Shown here piece after piece: positions 25,841-37,448 of a stretch of DNA of 64,000 bases. The notes below the pieces were generated by a model that saw only the letters and a list, made by a program, of their open reading frames with translations, was not told the origin of the DNA and did no database searches. Position 1 is the stretch's first letter. Each line of letters opens with the position of its first letter. The stretch is from Gracilinanus agilis (Eukaryota). Where the stretch lies: the NCBI RefSeq assembly GCF_016433145.1, contig NC_058131.1, positions 61,767,974-61,831,973 of the forward strand. Direction: 5' to 3'. Both the position numbers and the translations under genes were made by a program.

Positions 25841-26619
25841 TAACCATTTATCTATACTATATGTTATAGAGATCCTGCTCTATAACCAGAGATTTTCTGA
25901 GTGGCCTAGGGTGGTCTTCGGATGTAAAGAGCGAAACAGATTGGAAGCCCAGCTTATTAGCTCAAAGTTCTCTGAAGTACAATGGAGTCACAGGTTTATT
26001 ATATATGAAGTTAAAGATCCCTTTCACCCAAAAGCACAAGGAAAGTTTCCCACAACTACACAGAGCTGTATTTTTACCATAGACAAAACAAAAGCCTTAG
26101 AAGCTTCAAGGTGTAGATAAGAACCTATGCTAAACTTTCAGCTATATTGTTATCTCCAAGCCAAGTCTGGGAATATTTTGGTAGGACGGGAAGCCCCTGA
26201 ATTTTTCAGCCTTGACTACTTTTGAGACCAAGCAGTTTATTCTAAATCTGGGCAAAATGCCCCTGCTAAGGTTTCAGCCTTAGCTTACCAAGCAGCTGCA
26301 TTCCTGACCAAAGGGGAAGAATGTTAACCTCTTGACTGCTGATTTGCTGAGAGCTCAAAGCTTTTTAGTAAGGCTATATTGCTTTTTAAGAAAAAGTGTG
26401 AATCATGACAAGGATTCACAAGAGGAATCTCAGATTTTTATTTTAGATAACCCAATCCAGACTTACTCTGATAAGAGCAGAGGGGTCAACACGTGGCTCT
26501 ACTGGGCTGGGTTGACCTTTTGATGGGGTCCAGATAAAAATATCTATTCAAGATTCTAATTTCTCTTAATGACTTCCCATAATATATGCCCTCCATTTAC
26601 TTTTCTCTAAATAGATTAT

Positions 26620-26825
26620 TGTACTAAGCCTGGAGTCAGGAAGACCTGAGTTTAAATCTGACCAGAAACACTAACTAGCTGTGTTACCCTGGTCAAATCA
26701 CTTAACTTCTGTCTGCCTTAATCCACTGGAGCAGGAAATGGCAAACCATTCCAGTATCTTTGCCAAGAAAACCCCATGAACCGTATGGTCCATGGAATCA
26801 CAAGAGTCAGATTTGACTGAACAAC
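26620..26825 (+). mobile_element. MAR1-like SINE
   Basis: gaaatggcaaaccattccagtatctttgccaagaaaacccc...gactgaacaacaa. Confidence 0.7.
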
Positions 26826-27554
26826 AAAAATGTGTTGTAGCTCCCTAAAAATGTAATCTTCTTGAGGGCAGGGACTGTTTCATTTCTGTCTTTAGCATAT
26901 AGTACAATGCCTAGACCATAGTGGGTGTTTTGAATGTTAATTTGATTATATAAATTCATAGAAACAGAGCTGGAAAAGATCTCACAGTCCTTGTGGTCCA
27001 AACCATTCCTGAAACAAGAATCCTTTTTCTAACAGTATCCCAAATGATCAGTCATCTGGAGTTGAGGGATGGGATGCAGTGCCCAATACTTCTTGAAACA
27101 ATGACTTCCCTAATCCATTTTGGGTTAACTATTATTGTTAAAATATTTTTCCTTTCATTGTCCCTAAATCTGCCTTTCTGTGACCTTCACATATTATCAC
27201 TATTTCTGACCTCTGAGATTAAGCAAAACAAATCTAATTTACCCTCCTGTACGTGATAGCTCTTCAAATACTTGAATACAGTTATCCTGTCCCCTGCTAA
27301 GTCTTCTCTGCTCCAAGCTAAATGTCCCCGCTTTCTTCATATGATCTCCAGGAATATCTGACCCCCTCTTTCCCCATTATACTATCCTGCCTTTTTAATG
27401 CATTTGTGCTTTCATATTGCCAGTTTTTTTTAATGTTGGTTTGGACCATTTACTTCTCTGTAAACTACTTGAGGACACAGACTTTTAATCTCTAGCATTC
27501 AGCATAGTGCCTTGAACATAGTGCTTAATAAAGGCTTTAAAAATATTTTTAATA

Positions 27555-27739
27555 ACACTCATTCCATCTTAGAATCAATACTGTGTATTGGTTCCAAGGC
27601 AGGAGAGCAATAAGGACCAGACAGTAAGGGTTAAGTGACTTGCCCAGGGTCAGCTAGTTAGGAAATGTCTGAGGTCAGATTTGAATGACCTCCCATTTCT
27701 AGGTGTTGCTTTCAATCCACTGAGCCACCTACCTGCCCC
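27555..27739 (-). mobile_element. SINE-1_Mdo-like SINE
   Basis: Reverse-complement consensus. Confidence 0.8.
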
Positions 27740-28249
27740 CAATGCTTTTAAAATTAAATTGATTTTATGTTTTCCCCTCAGGGTTCTGTGGAATATAAGA
27801 CTACTTTAATTTTCTCAGAAGACATAAGTTTTTATTAAAAAAGCATTAATTTTCAAAATCCTTTGGGGGTAGGAAGGAGGGAAAGGGCCAATTCCTTCAT
27901 AAGAATGCCTAGTACTGGCTGAAAATTCCACATGCCTCTTTATCAGGGTTGAGGGAGTTCTACATCACACCCCTGCTCCTATCCCTAACTGCTCTAGATC
28001 CAGGGAAGGAGGAAAAGAGGCACAAAAGGATAAGGACCCATTCCTTTCTCACAAATCTCAATCTTCATTTCTGTCTAAATTGCTTCTCTGGTAATGGAAG
28101 CTTCACAGACCTCTTCAGCCTACACCTACACCATTCCTCAGCTTGATCATAAAACCCAGAGGCAGTATGGCATCAACCAAAATCGCAAAATGTCAGAAAA
28201 TGATTATTGCAAATTGTACCAACATGTAATCTTGGGGGGAGGGGCGGAG

Positions 28250-28432
28250 NNNNNNNNNNNNNNNNNNNNNNNNNNNNNNNNNNNNNNNNNNNNNNNNNNN
28301 NNNNNNNNNNNNNNNNNNNNNNNNNNNNNNNNNNNNNNNNNNNNNNNNNNNNNNNNNNNNNNNNNNNNNNNNNNNNNNNNNNNNNNNNNNNNNNNNNNNN
28401 NNNNNNNNNNNNNNNNNNNNNNNNNNNNNNNN
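28250..28432. other. Assembly gap (183 N)
   Basis: Run of n. Confidence 1.
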
Positions 28433-31400
28433 GTTAGAATCCTGGATCTGGAGCTGAATATCTGTGTGACTTCAGAAGAGTTACTTAATTTCAGTTGCTT
28501 CATCTATTGAATAAGGAGGTTAGTTTAGATAACTTCAAAGGCTTCTTCCAATTCTATATTCTACAGCTTAGAAGTGGAAGGAAACTGAGGCCCTGAGACT
28601 AAGTGACCTGCCTTTAAAGTCATATTGTCATTATTTAGCAAAGCTAAATTTGAACCTAGTATCACTGGCCCTCTTTTCCCCATTATACCATGCTCTGCCT
28701 TTTTATTGAATTAATTATATCATATTGTCATTTTTTATGTTCCTTTGAACGAAGAGACATTTACTTCCCTGAATAAAGTTGTTTGGGTATTTTCTCTTAG
28801 CCAGAGAAATTAAATGCAAATGAACAATCCAAAGCTCCAAGAAGACCTACCTACCTTCTGGACAACCCTGAAACGTAAGAGCAGGAGATCCCCTGGACAT
28901 CACCAGGTCTGACTCCTAGTCTGCCACCAAGAAAAAAAACTTCCCTCCATAGAATACCTGATTTCCCACCTCCCTCCATGGACCCAGTGTTTCCAGGGTA
29001 CAAGCAGACATACAAGTCCTTAGCTCCAAGATCAGATGGCTTGTTTTCCCTAGAAATCAGTGAGTTAGTGTTAGAGATCTCAACCTAAACCTTCTTGAGA
29101 TTTGATCAAATGGGCAACAAAGAAAGGAATACGATCAATTCAGTCTCCATGACCCAAGCCTCTACTCTCCTGGTCTTTGTGTGGCTAGCAGCTCTGAGTG
29201 ATAGGGCCCTGCAGTTTAGAGCCTCACAGAACAGGTTCCTATAAAACCATATTGAAATTGGGATGGGTGTGTATATGATTCAAGTGGGAGCCAACATACC
29301 AAGATAAGGGCCCTTTACAGGAGTTCTGTGTTAGGGTCAGGGAGCTCTTAGGCTGTTGCAGTCCAGGGTGATGGATTTCAAGGTAGAGGACCTGATTGTG
29401 AATCCTAACTCTACTACTTACTACCAGTGACACCTTGGATAAGTCATTTATTGTTTCTAGGGCTCAATTTCCTCATCTTTAAAAATGAAGATGTAGGACT
29501 AAATAATAATAGCTAGTATTTATTGAGTACTTTAAGATTTGCAAGGCACTTTACATATATTATTTTATTTGATTTTTTTTTTTAGATAAACAAGGCTAAG
29601 TGACTTGCCCAGGGACAAACAGCCAACTTTTGAATTCAGATCTTCCTGACTCCAAACCTAGCACTTCATCTGTTGTGCCTTTTAGCTGTCCTCTCATTCA
29701 GTTCTTACAACAATCTTGGGAAGTAGGGGAAAAAAAAATTTTACAGATGAGGAAACTGAGGCTGAGAAAGATCAAGTGACTTACTCAGGGTCTCACAACT
29801 AGTAAGTGTCTACATCAGGATCTGAATTCAGGTCTTCCTGACTCAATTTTAGGCACACTATCCACTATGCCACTTAGCTTAGATCATCTCTAAAGTCTAT
29901 TCCATATCTGGTTTCTGCCAGCATTCTTGTCTCCAGTATTGTTTATGAGGTTTGTAGGCTAGGAGGACCCCGTAGAAGTTGTAACCACAATTAGAACATT
30001 TAATGGGGAGACAGCCTTCACTTCACCAGCTTCTTGGACCTCAGAATTATAGTAGAAGCAAGGAGGTCCATAGGAACGTTAGCTCCAGCCTTCAGGGATG
30101 CTCAGCAGATAGCAGGAGCAAGGATGCTGCAGTACTGAGGCCAAAGGAACCCCAGATCATAGCAGAGTTGTGTGTATGTGTGTGTTTCCCCAGTATAGAG
30201 GCTCCAGAGAGTGCCCACTCCTTTCTCCAGCACAGAAAGCCAGTTCTTTAAAAACCATCTCAGCTAATGGACTATTGATAAATAATTAGCTTTTGTTCAT
30301 TGCATTGATCTAGGTGGGCCCATCCTCATTAGCATTTTCCCTTAGCCTAAGCTGTTATTCCTGCCCTCTTTCTCCCATGCTTTCCCCAAACAGCAAAGGG
30401 AAGCAATTTAGAGAGGGGAATCTAATGTCAGAAGACAGCCAGCCCCCCTTTTCCACCTTGGCTCTGGAGAGAAATAAAGAGCACACACATGAGGCGGCTG
30501 CCTCCAGGACAGCCCTTGCCTTCCTTAGCAACCCTGGACCACTCCACATGGGGGGATGAGGAGCACAGCCTCCCCCATCCTGCTCAGCCAAGCCTTTGTA
30601 CATCCTAGCTAGGTCTAAGGAAGGAAGGATTCACGAAATGAGCCAGGGAGGTTCCCAGGGGTACTCCTGTTTGTCAGTGGAAAATGCTGAGTTCACAGTC
30701 CCAGCCCTGGGGAGCTAGCTGCAGGCCCCAGACACACCCCTATCTATCCCTAACAGGGAATTTGTCTTCAGTTTTTCTTGTCTTTTCCCACTCAGGATAG
30801 GGCTGAATTCAGAACTGGCCATAACTGGCACCCTCCTTGCTCTTCCTTGCCCCACTCTAGCCAGATCTCTCAATGGTAGGGTCATGTCTTCTGCTTCTCT
30901 TTACCACAGTACCTGGCACAAAGACGGGTGATCAAGGCAGAAGGGACCTCATTTTATAGATAGGAAAATGGGGCACAGAGCAGGTCAGTGTTTCGATCGG
31001 GCTCTCACAGGGAGTAAGTAATAGATCTGGCATTAGAAGTCAAGGTCTTTCTCTTTTTCCCCTTAAACTCTGGACTTTAATCTCCTTGGAGTCCTGCCCA
31101 TAGGCACCCTGAGCAGCTAAGTGCCCTCAGCAGGTGGTCAAAGCTGCACACCTCAGGCATCCTTAGCTAGACTTATCTTTGAGCCAGGCAGCCCCAGGTA
31201 TGGGTCAGACAGATGCCCCAGACAGGTCATAGACCAGATGCTCCAGATCAGGGGCCAGTTTCTAAGGCTAGGACTGGAAGGAAACAACCTTTAGTACAAA
31301 TATAGATCTTTTTTTAATGAAACCAGAACAGACAGAGACTGAACAGAGGGAGGGAAGCATGGGACAGCATCCGGTGCCCATACAAGGGTCCTGAGGTCTT

Positions 31401-31933
31401 GTGAAACTCAGGGATCTCTAAATAGATGCAGGAATTATGGGAGAACAGGGCCTGGGGATAGAAAGGCAAGCCCGCGATTTGGAGAGGTCTCTGCAGCTCC
31501 CTAACCTGCTGCTGGAGTCCCAGTCAGAGCTGCCCTTGGTAAGTGCCTCCCTCCAACATAGCTGAGGGGTTATGGAACCCCACAGAACATGGGGAATCCT
31601 GTTCTCCCCTCTAAGTGGACACCGAGAAAAGGGATATGGGACCCCAGGATTTTCTTTCCCTTGAGAGTGCCAAGAGCCCTGGGAGTTATTCTTTTATACC
31701 TTTTCCTTGGATTTGGGAAGGCAAGGAGAAGATGGGAATCTCCTCTAGACCAGGAGAACCCAGAACCAAGTGGAGAAAAGGAAGGGCTGGACTCAAGAAA
31801 GGGAATTTGGTCTTTTTAGCCCCAGTGCTTTGCACATGATAGATGTTTAATCCAGTCTTTGGATTCAATTGGAGTAAGTCTCCAGCTTCTCCTTAGGGAT
31901 GGGCTGTGAGGGTCAGGCTCTCTCTTTGGTTGG

Positions 31934-32234
31934 CTAAGCCAAGGGCCCCAGGATGCAGGCGAGGGCCAGTGCTGCAGCCAACAATGCTGGGGCTGGGGCT
32001 GGAGCAGGGGAGGCAGGAGCAGAAGGCCCTTGCAAGGTCTCCTGATTGGTCTCCTCACTGGCTGCACCCCTAACATTGCTTGGGGGAAAGGGCCGAGAGC
32101 TGCACAGGTCATGTAGGTTGCCCTGGTATTGGACCTTGCGGAATTCCTGCTGCAGTGACTCCCAGATGGCAGTTGCCTCTTGTGGGCAGTTGGCCAGGAC
32201 CCCACTGGCACAGGTCTGAAAGTTTTCCCATGAC
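31934..32234 (-). CDS. NRN1L: NRN1L exon 3 (coding part, 301 nt including TAG), ending in a GPI-anchor-type hydrophobic tail
   Basis: SWENFQTCASGVLANCPQEATAIWESLQQEFRKVQYQGNLHDLC...ETNQETLQ...ALLAAALALACILGPLA*; the joined CDS is 546 nt = 181 aa with six core Cys. Confidence 0.93.
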
Positions 32235-32885
32235 CTAGAAGGAGATAAGGAGAGTCAGGAGTGAGCCTTGCCAGAAGGGCTGGAGCAGGGGACAGTTACT
32301 ATACTCTATACAAGGAGGAGTGACAAACAGAAGCTGAGAATCACAGACAGGGAAGGAGTTAGCTCACCTGGGAACAGTTGAGGCTTGGGAATGGGGGAAG
32401 CACTGAGAATGAAATGACATAGGATAGAGGTAGAAATGGAGTCAGCTGTGTGAAGCTGATTTTTGTGACCCCAATATTACTGCCCTTTCAAGGCCTCAGA
32501 GTTTTAGTCCATTCAGAATTTGCTGGTGGATTAGATTCTTAATCCCCACTCCCACCCCCAATCTTTTTTGCTTTGCCTACTGGTGCCCTGTTTCCAAGAA
32601 AACATGATGCTACTCTACCCTTTGTATTCTCCCCCAAGTCTGTGCTATCTGCAACCAAAAGATTTTCATCATTCTGCATTCCTTACCCAAAGCTTCGTGG
32701 TTTTCCCCTTTATAAACCCTGTATTAACTCAAGCAAAATGGGTTTCTCTCCTTGTATCCAAAACATGAGGGATCCCACTCCAGAGTCCTCTGATCTATCC
32801 AAATAAAATGTTTATTGCATTTTTCATGACTCAGTTTCTTTAATTTGATAGTAGTGAAAGACTTGACCAAGACCTTGGCTCTCAC

Positions 32886-33054
32886 CTGCAGATAGATTCG
32901 AGTTCCGGGGGTGTGAGGCCAGCCCCCTTGTCAGGCTGCGACTGCCCACTCTGGGCCATACTGTTCCCAAGGCTCATTAGACAGTCAGCAAAGCCCTTGT
33001 ACATAGTATCACATCTGTTATAGGTGGCAGCAGTCCCAGGACCAGGGGCCAGGA
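32886..33054 (-). CDS. NRN1L: NRN1L exon 2 (169 nt)
   Basis: LAPGPGTAATYNRCDTMYKGFADCLMSLGNSMAQ...ELESIC, the neuritin motif CD-x3-GF-x-DCL-x2-LG; polypyrimidine-cag acceptor, gtgag donor. Not in the ORF track. Confidence 0.93.
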
Positions 33055-35199
33055 CTGCACAGAACGAGAAAGAAAAAAAGCATTAATCTGGGCGCACACC
33101 CTTCACTCCCCAGGGAGCCCTGTTTACCAGTGCAACAGAACCCAAGGGAAGCAGCTCAGCTAGTCTGTGGCAGTGCCACTGGTGACCTGCTTAGGGAAGT
33201 AGTTTCACAAACCCCTGAGTCCCCCTTTCAATTCAACCAACATTTATTAATCATTTGCTATGTGCATGCACTGTGCTAGGAGTGCTGGGATTGGTATGAA
33301 GATAAAACTGAGCAGACTCTTCTTTTAAGGGGCTGACAAAGAAATGGAAGAACCCCTGTGCAGCAGCACATACACCCCTCAAAATAAGCAGAGTTTAGTG
33401 GAGGCAAGGAAGAAATCCAACAAGCTTTAAGAAAAATTTAGGTGCAAATCACTTTTAGTTGGGGAGAATGGTTCTTAGAAATGTCAGAGAGGCATCAAAT
33501 CTGAGATCTGAAGGAAAAGAATGTCAGAAGAATAGATTCTAGGGAACTGGGGCAGCCTTCCAGGAGAGGCCCCTAAAACCTACATGGAAGGCCATGGGAC
33601 TGAGAATTGCCTGGAACAGTGAGGGGGAAGGCCATTTCTTTGAGTCTCCCCACCTGTATGGGGAGAGAAGGGTGGCAAAAAAACAGGACCAAATCATCCT
33701 CCTTTCATCTTCTTACATCTGTTCCTGCTCCTTGTACTAAGTCTGAGTTCTTTCCCCAAGTAACTAAGAGGAACATGGTCTATGAGGCCCAGAGGGAGCC
33801 TTGGGATAGCTTCTGCCTAAAGAGGCAATCAAAATCTCCATATCACAATCCTCCCACCCTCAGGTCCTCATGCAATGGGTTGAAGCAGGCCAGGAGTGGG
33901 TCTAGTACCTCCAAGCAGGTGACCAATCCCCCTTCTAGTTTGAGTGTGCAAAAGATACCACCAAGTCCAGGAGTAGAGAGAAGACAGCATTTTCGACAAA
34001 GGACCACAGACCTTAATTTTGAGCCCTAGTCCAGGTTCGGCCAGGCCTCCTTCTTCCTCCAATGTCCTCCTCCTCTAGGGCTAGCTTTATCAACTCCTCA
34101 CTCCTTTTCTGCCCTCTTCCTCCAGAGGGGCTAGGGTGGGGAAAGGACTGAGTGCATTTCTTAAAAGGGGTCATCCAGTTCCACCCCAAGCAACCACTGA
34201 GGTTCTGTGGAGCACAGGCTGCCTATATACTTTTTTCTAAGACTCCTACTCTAGAATATATTCCTGACCCTGCTCAGGAATACCATTACTCAACTCTTTG
34301 AGGCCACTGAGGGGGCTGAGCTGGGGAAGGTCATCAATCCATCTGTTGTCAGCAATGGATAGAAGCCTGGGAGTGCAGTTCCCCACAAAACTGTATTCCC
34401 TCCCAAGCTTGGTTCCAGAGGAGAGATGAGAAAATCCCTCCCTACTTTGCAGTAGTGGCAGACTAGAGGTCCAAAACATTGCATATACTGTGGAGCCCTT
34501 TAATGCGTTGTTGATTAGTTTTGCAGAATCCTCTCCTTACAAAGGATGGCTAGCTGGGGTCGGGGAGGAGAGGGATATTTGGTGATGTTAAAACAAAAAG
34601 GTAGGAATTTTAAAAAAACTATTTAACCCGCCCCCTCCACACCCATAACCCCTGAGCACCAACTCCTCCATCTCTATTTCAACGCCAGCATCCAGTCCCC
34701 AAAGCTTCGATGCTCCCCCCCAACCCTCCTCTCTCCAGATTGCCAGTCAAAGTTGGGGGAGGAGGTGTGCGTTTGGGTCTGCGTAATGATCTTGGGGGCC
34801 AGTAGAGGTTCCTCTCCTGAAAGAGAAGAGCGGCACCTTCCTCCATTCTTAGGGATCAATTCAGGTTTTAGTCTGGGGAACAGAGGAAGAGTGGTCATGC
34901 GAGTGATGGGAGTTGTTGAAAACTGGATGAGGTCAGGACAAAAGGGAGATCCAGGAGCTTAGATCCTCTTCCCTTCCACACCTTTTAAAGCCGTCGTCTG
35001 AGTGAGAGCCCTGAACTTTGGCGGGGAGGGGGTGGAGCAGGGACCGAGGACCTTTAAAGGCAAAGTCTGCGGGATGCAAGATGATAGGACCATAAATTTG
35101 GATATTAAAGAGACCTAGTCTGATCCCCCATTTTACAGATGAGGAAACTGAGACCCAAAGAGGTTGTGACTCGCCCGACATCACACAGTAGCACGTTTG

Positions 35200-36050
35200 G
35201 GGTTTGAATTCCAGTTCAGCACTCCTTTCCAAGACGGGATCAGATTTTCTGGGCAGGGAAGCGATTGGGGAGTGGCGAGTGCCCCGACCTCTCATATCTC
35301 CCAGTCCCTCCTACACCCCCCAGAGTCCCCCTCCTCCCTAAGAACAAGTCTGGCACCGGAGGACAAGGAAAGGGGGACCCCTTTCCCAGTGCTCGGGCTC
35401 ATGGTTCCCCAGGACTTACAAAGCTGCAGGAGCAGAAATCCGGGGAAAGGGAGTGGTCTCCAGCAGCAGCGGCGGCGGCGGCAGCAGGAGCGCATTGTCC
35501 CGGGCCACGGCGGTGCCGGGAGCCCGCTCCCACCTCAGTCCCAAAGGCTCCGGAGCGCGAGTGCCAGCCGGTGAGCTGGGGCTAGGGAAGCACCACGGCC
35601 CCGCCCCTGCCTGCCTCGAGCCCCGCCTCTCCCCGCCTCCTCCTGCTCCTCCCCGAATCTCCCCATTCCACACTCTCTTCTACCAGGCTTCTTCTGCACC
35701 CCCACGCCATCCCTCTGGCTCTCTGCTTCCGCTACTCGATTGCCCAAGGGAGTCCACTTTCGAACCCAGGCGTCCACAGCACCGCCCCGGGGGATGTTAA
35801 CATGCGACCGCTCCAGCCCCATCCCGGTCTCAGAAGTCAATTGGGGGGGCCCCAGCCCAACGGAGATCAAAGCCGCCCCCCAGCCCCACCGCCAGCAAGT
35901 CACTGTCGATTTGTCCCCCCCCCTTCCCCCGCAGGCGCAGATGTCCAGGTCCATGACTCCGGCTCCAGAGGAGGTCGAAGCTGTTCTTCCTCCACTAGGC
36001 CCCAAGTCCCTCTGGCCCACAGGAAAGCTCGGCCCTCCATTAAGTGCCAG
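35200..36050 (-). promoter_or_regulatory. NRN1L: NRN1L CpG-rich promoter / first exon region
   Basis: Elevated GC/CpG, GC boxes (ccccgcccc near 35600), directly upstream of and around the NRN1L ATG. Confidence 0.75.
35420..35495 (-). CDS. NRN1L: NRN1L (neuritin 1-like / CPG15-2) exon 1, signal-peptide start (76 nt)
   Basis: MRSCCRRRRCCWRPLPFPGFLLLQL resembles the recalled human NRN1L N-terminus (MMRCCRRRCCC...); donor T|gtaag. Confidence 0.9.
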
Positions 36051-36502
36051 CAGCTCATCTGGGGATTGGCCGCAGGGGCTGCTTGCCCCAGTGGGATGGA
36101 AAATGGAGCCATGGGGTTCTGGGCTCTACCCACTGCTAACTGGCAGGTGCTAGGTGCCAGAGGTTGGCTCCCACCTCAGAAGGCCTGGGTGATGCCTTCT
36201 AAACATTCCCCATTAAGTGCACTAATGTTCCAACTGCTCCAGCTGGAGTAGAGGGATGGGGGGGACCCGGTCTGCACAAAGCCAAGAAAGAAAAAGGCCC
36301 AAGAGTGAGAGGCACGTGGCTGGGACCTGAAGTCCTGCTGGAGTCCAGGACATGGCCCTCTCCCCCTCTCCCCCTCTGAGCTTCCAGCAGGAGGAGGGAA
36401 GGGAACTCCCTCAGGGCCTGCCCACCTCAGGAAACAGCCTGGCTAAAGCATAGCAGGGAGAGAAACACAGACACCCTAGCAGAGGGTTTTATCTAAAAAG
36501 CA

Positions 36503-36508
36503 TTTAAT
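36503..36508 (-). terminator. EDC4: Probable EDC4 poly(A) signal ATTAAA
   Basis: tttaat on plus, in an AT-rich patch about 455 nt after the stop codon and just before the GC-rich NRN1L upstream region. Confidence 0.6.
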
Positions 36509-36961
36509 TGAATGTATTTTCAATGTTTCTCAAAAACAGAAAGATCCAAATGGGAGGTAAAAAGGAACATGTAAAATTCAACTCAAGTTATAATAGTTGA
36601 TTCTGGAAACATGCTCCCTAGCCGATGGAGCCTGGATTCCCCAACCTCCCAGAGCTGGAAGCCATAGAGCCCCTTCTGCCAGAGGAGCCAACCTGAGGGA
36701 ACAGCAGGGAGACCCCTTCAGCTCTGCAGGCATCACCAGAGCTGAACCCCCAAGGTAAGTCAGGGTCAACCAGCTCTCAGCTCCTCTGGCAGAGTGGAGA
36801 GGAGAGGGCGGCAGAGTTCTGGCTTTGGACTTTTCTTTATCACCAAGTTCCAGACAAAGAAACTCAGTATTCACCGGGTTCTCAAGGCCTGGAGTCATCA
36901 TGGTGGATACCACAAGCCCTCCTCCCTCCTCTGGTGGTTTGCCAAAGGTGCCTGTGTCCAC

Positions 36962-37154
36962 CTAGTTGAGACCAGGGACAGCCAGGCCCTGCAACATGAT
37001 GGTGAGACGCCTGGCAGCCTTGCAGAGAGAGTTGTGGGGCTCAGCCTGTAAGAACTGGAATAACTTCTGCCGCACCTGGGCCATGACTGAGCCCATGTGG
37101 TCCCTGGTGATAGGGTCACTGTGGTCCAGGTGCATTACGGCTTCCTCCAAGTAG
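36962..37154 (-). CDS. EDC4: EDC4 exon 29 (coding part, 193 nt including TAG)
   Basis: YLEEAVMHLDHSDPITRDHMGSVMAQVRQKLFQFLQAEPHNSLCKAARRLTIMLQGLAVPGLN*; tag acceptor. Confidence 0.96.
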
Positions 37155-37448
37155 CTATGAGTGAAAAAGAAATGCTGGCATTCAGAGGTATGGCAAAGTC
37201 CCCTGGCAGTGCAAGCCTCTGGAATCCCATGTTCTGTGAAGATAAATCTCTAATGGGGAAGGGAGGATTATAACCTTCTATGAGCTGTAGGTCCCCTAAA
37301 CTGAGGGTAGGGGTGTAGGAGACCACAGACCTGGCAACCTTTGCTACAGATTACTGGGATGAGGTAAGGAATCCGGTTCACTTTGTTCCTGAGCCAGTGC
37401 CCAAAGAGGGACCTGACCTCCACCCTCATCTGCTCTGCCCACACTAAC

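Larger units (their letters stand above)
24517..26075. repeat. 279-bp inverted repeat (arms 24517-24795 and 25797-26075, 1001-bp spacer)
   Basis: Base-by-base comparison gives 278/279 identity; the only mismatch is 24672 versus 25920. Confidence 0.97.

Noticed and set aside
24496-26120. Twin ORFs MLVLPTPNNHLSILYV... on opposite strands (92 and 100 aa), suggesting a duplicated gene
   Set aside because: They are a by-product of the 279-bp inverted repeat, start at TTG within L2-derived sequence and resemble no protein I recognise.
28094-28510. ORFs spanning the N run
   Set aside because: Artefacts of translating through the assembly gap.
35586-35606. RE1/NRSE-like GGAAGCACCACGGCCCCGCCC in the NRN1L promoter
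   Set aside because: Only about 13 of 21 positions match and the essential GGACAG half-site is absent; better explained as a GC box.
35197-36251. Overlapping 100-160 aa ORFs around the NRN1L promoter
   Set aside because: GC-rich composition; only the 76-nt NRN1L exon 1 has homology and splice support.
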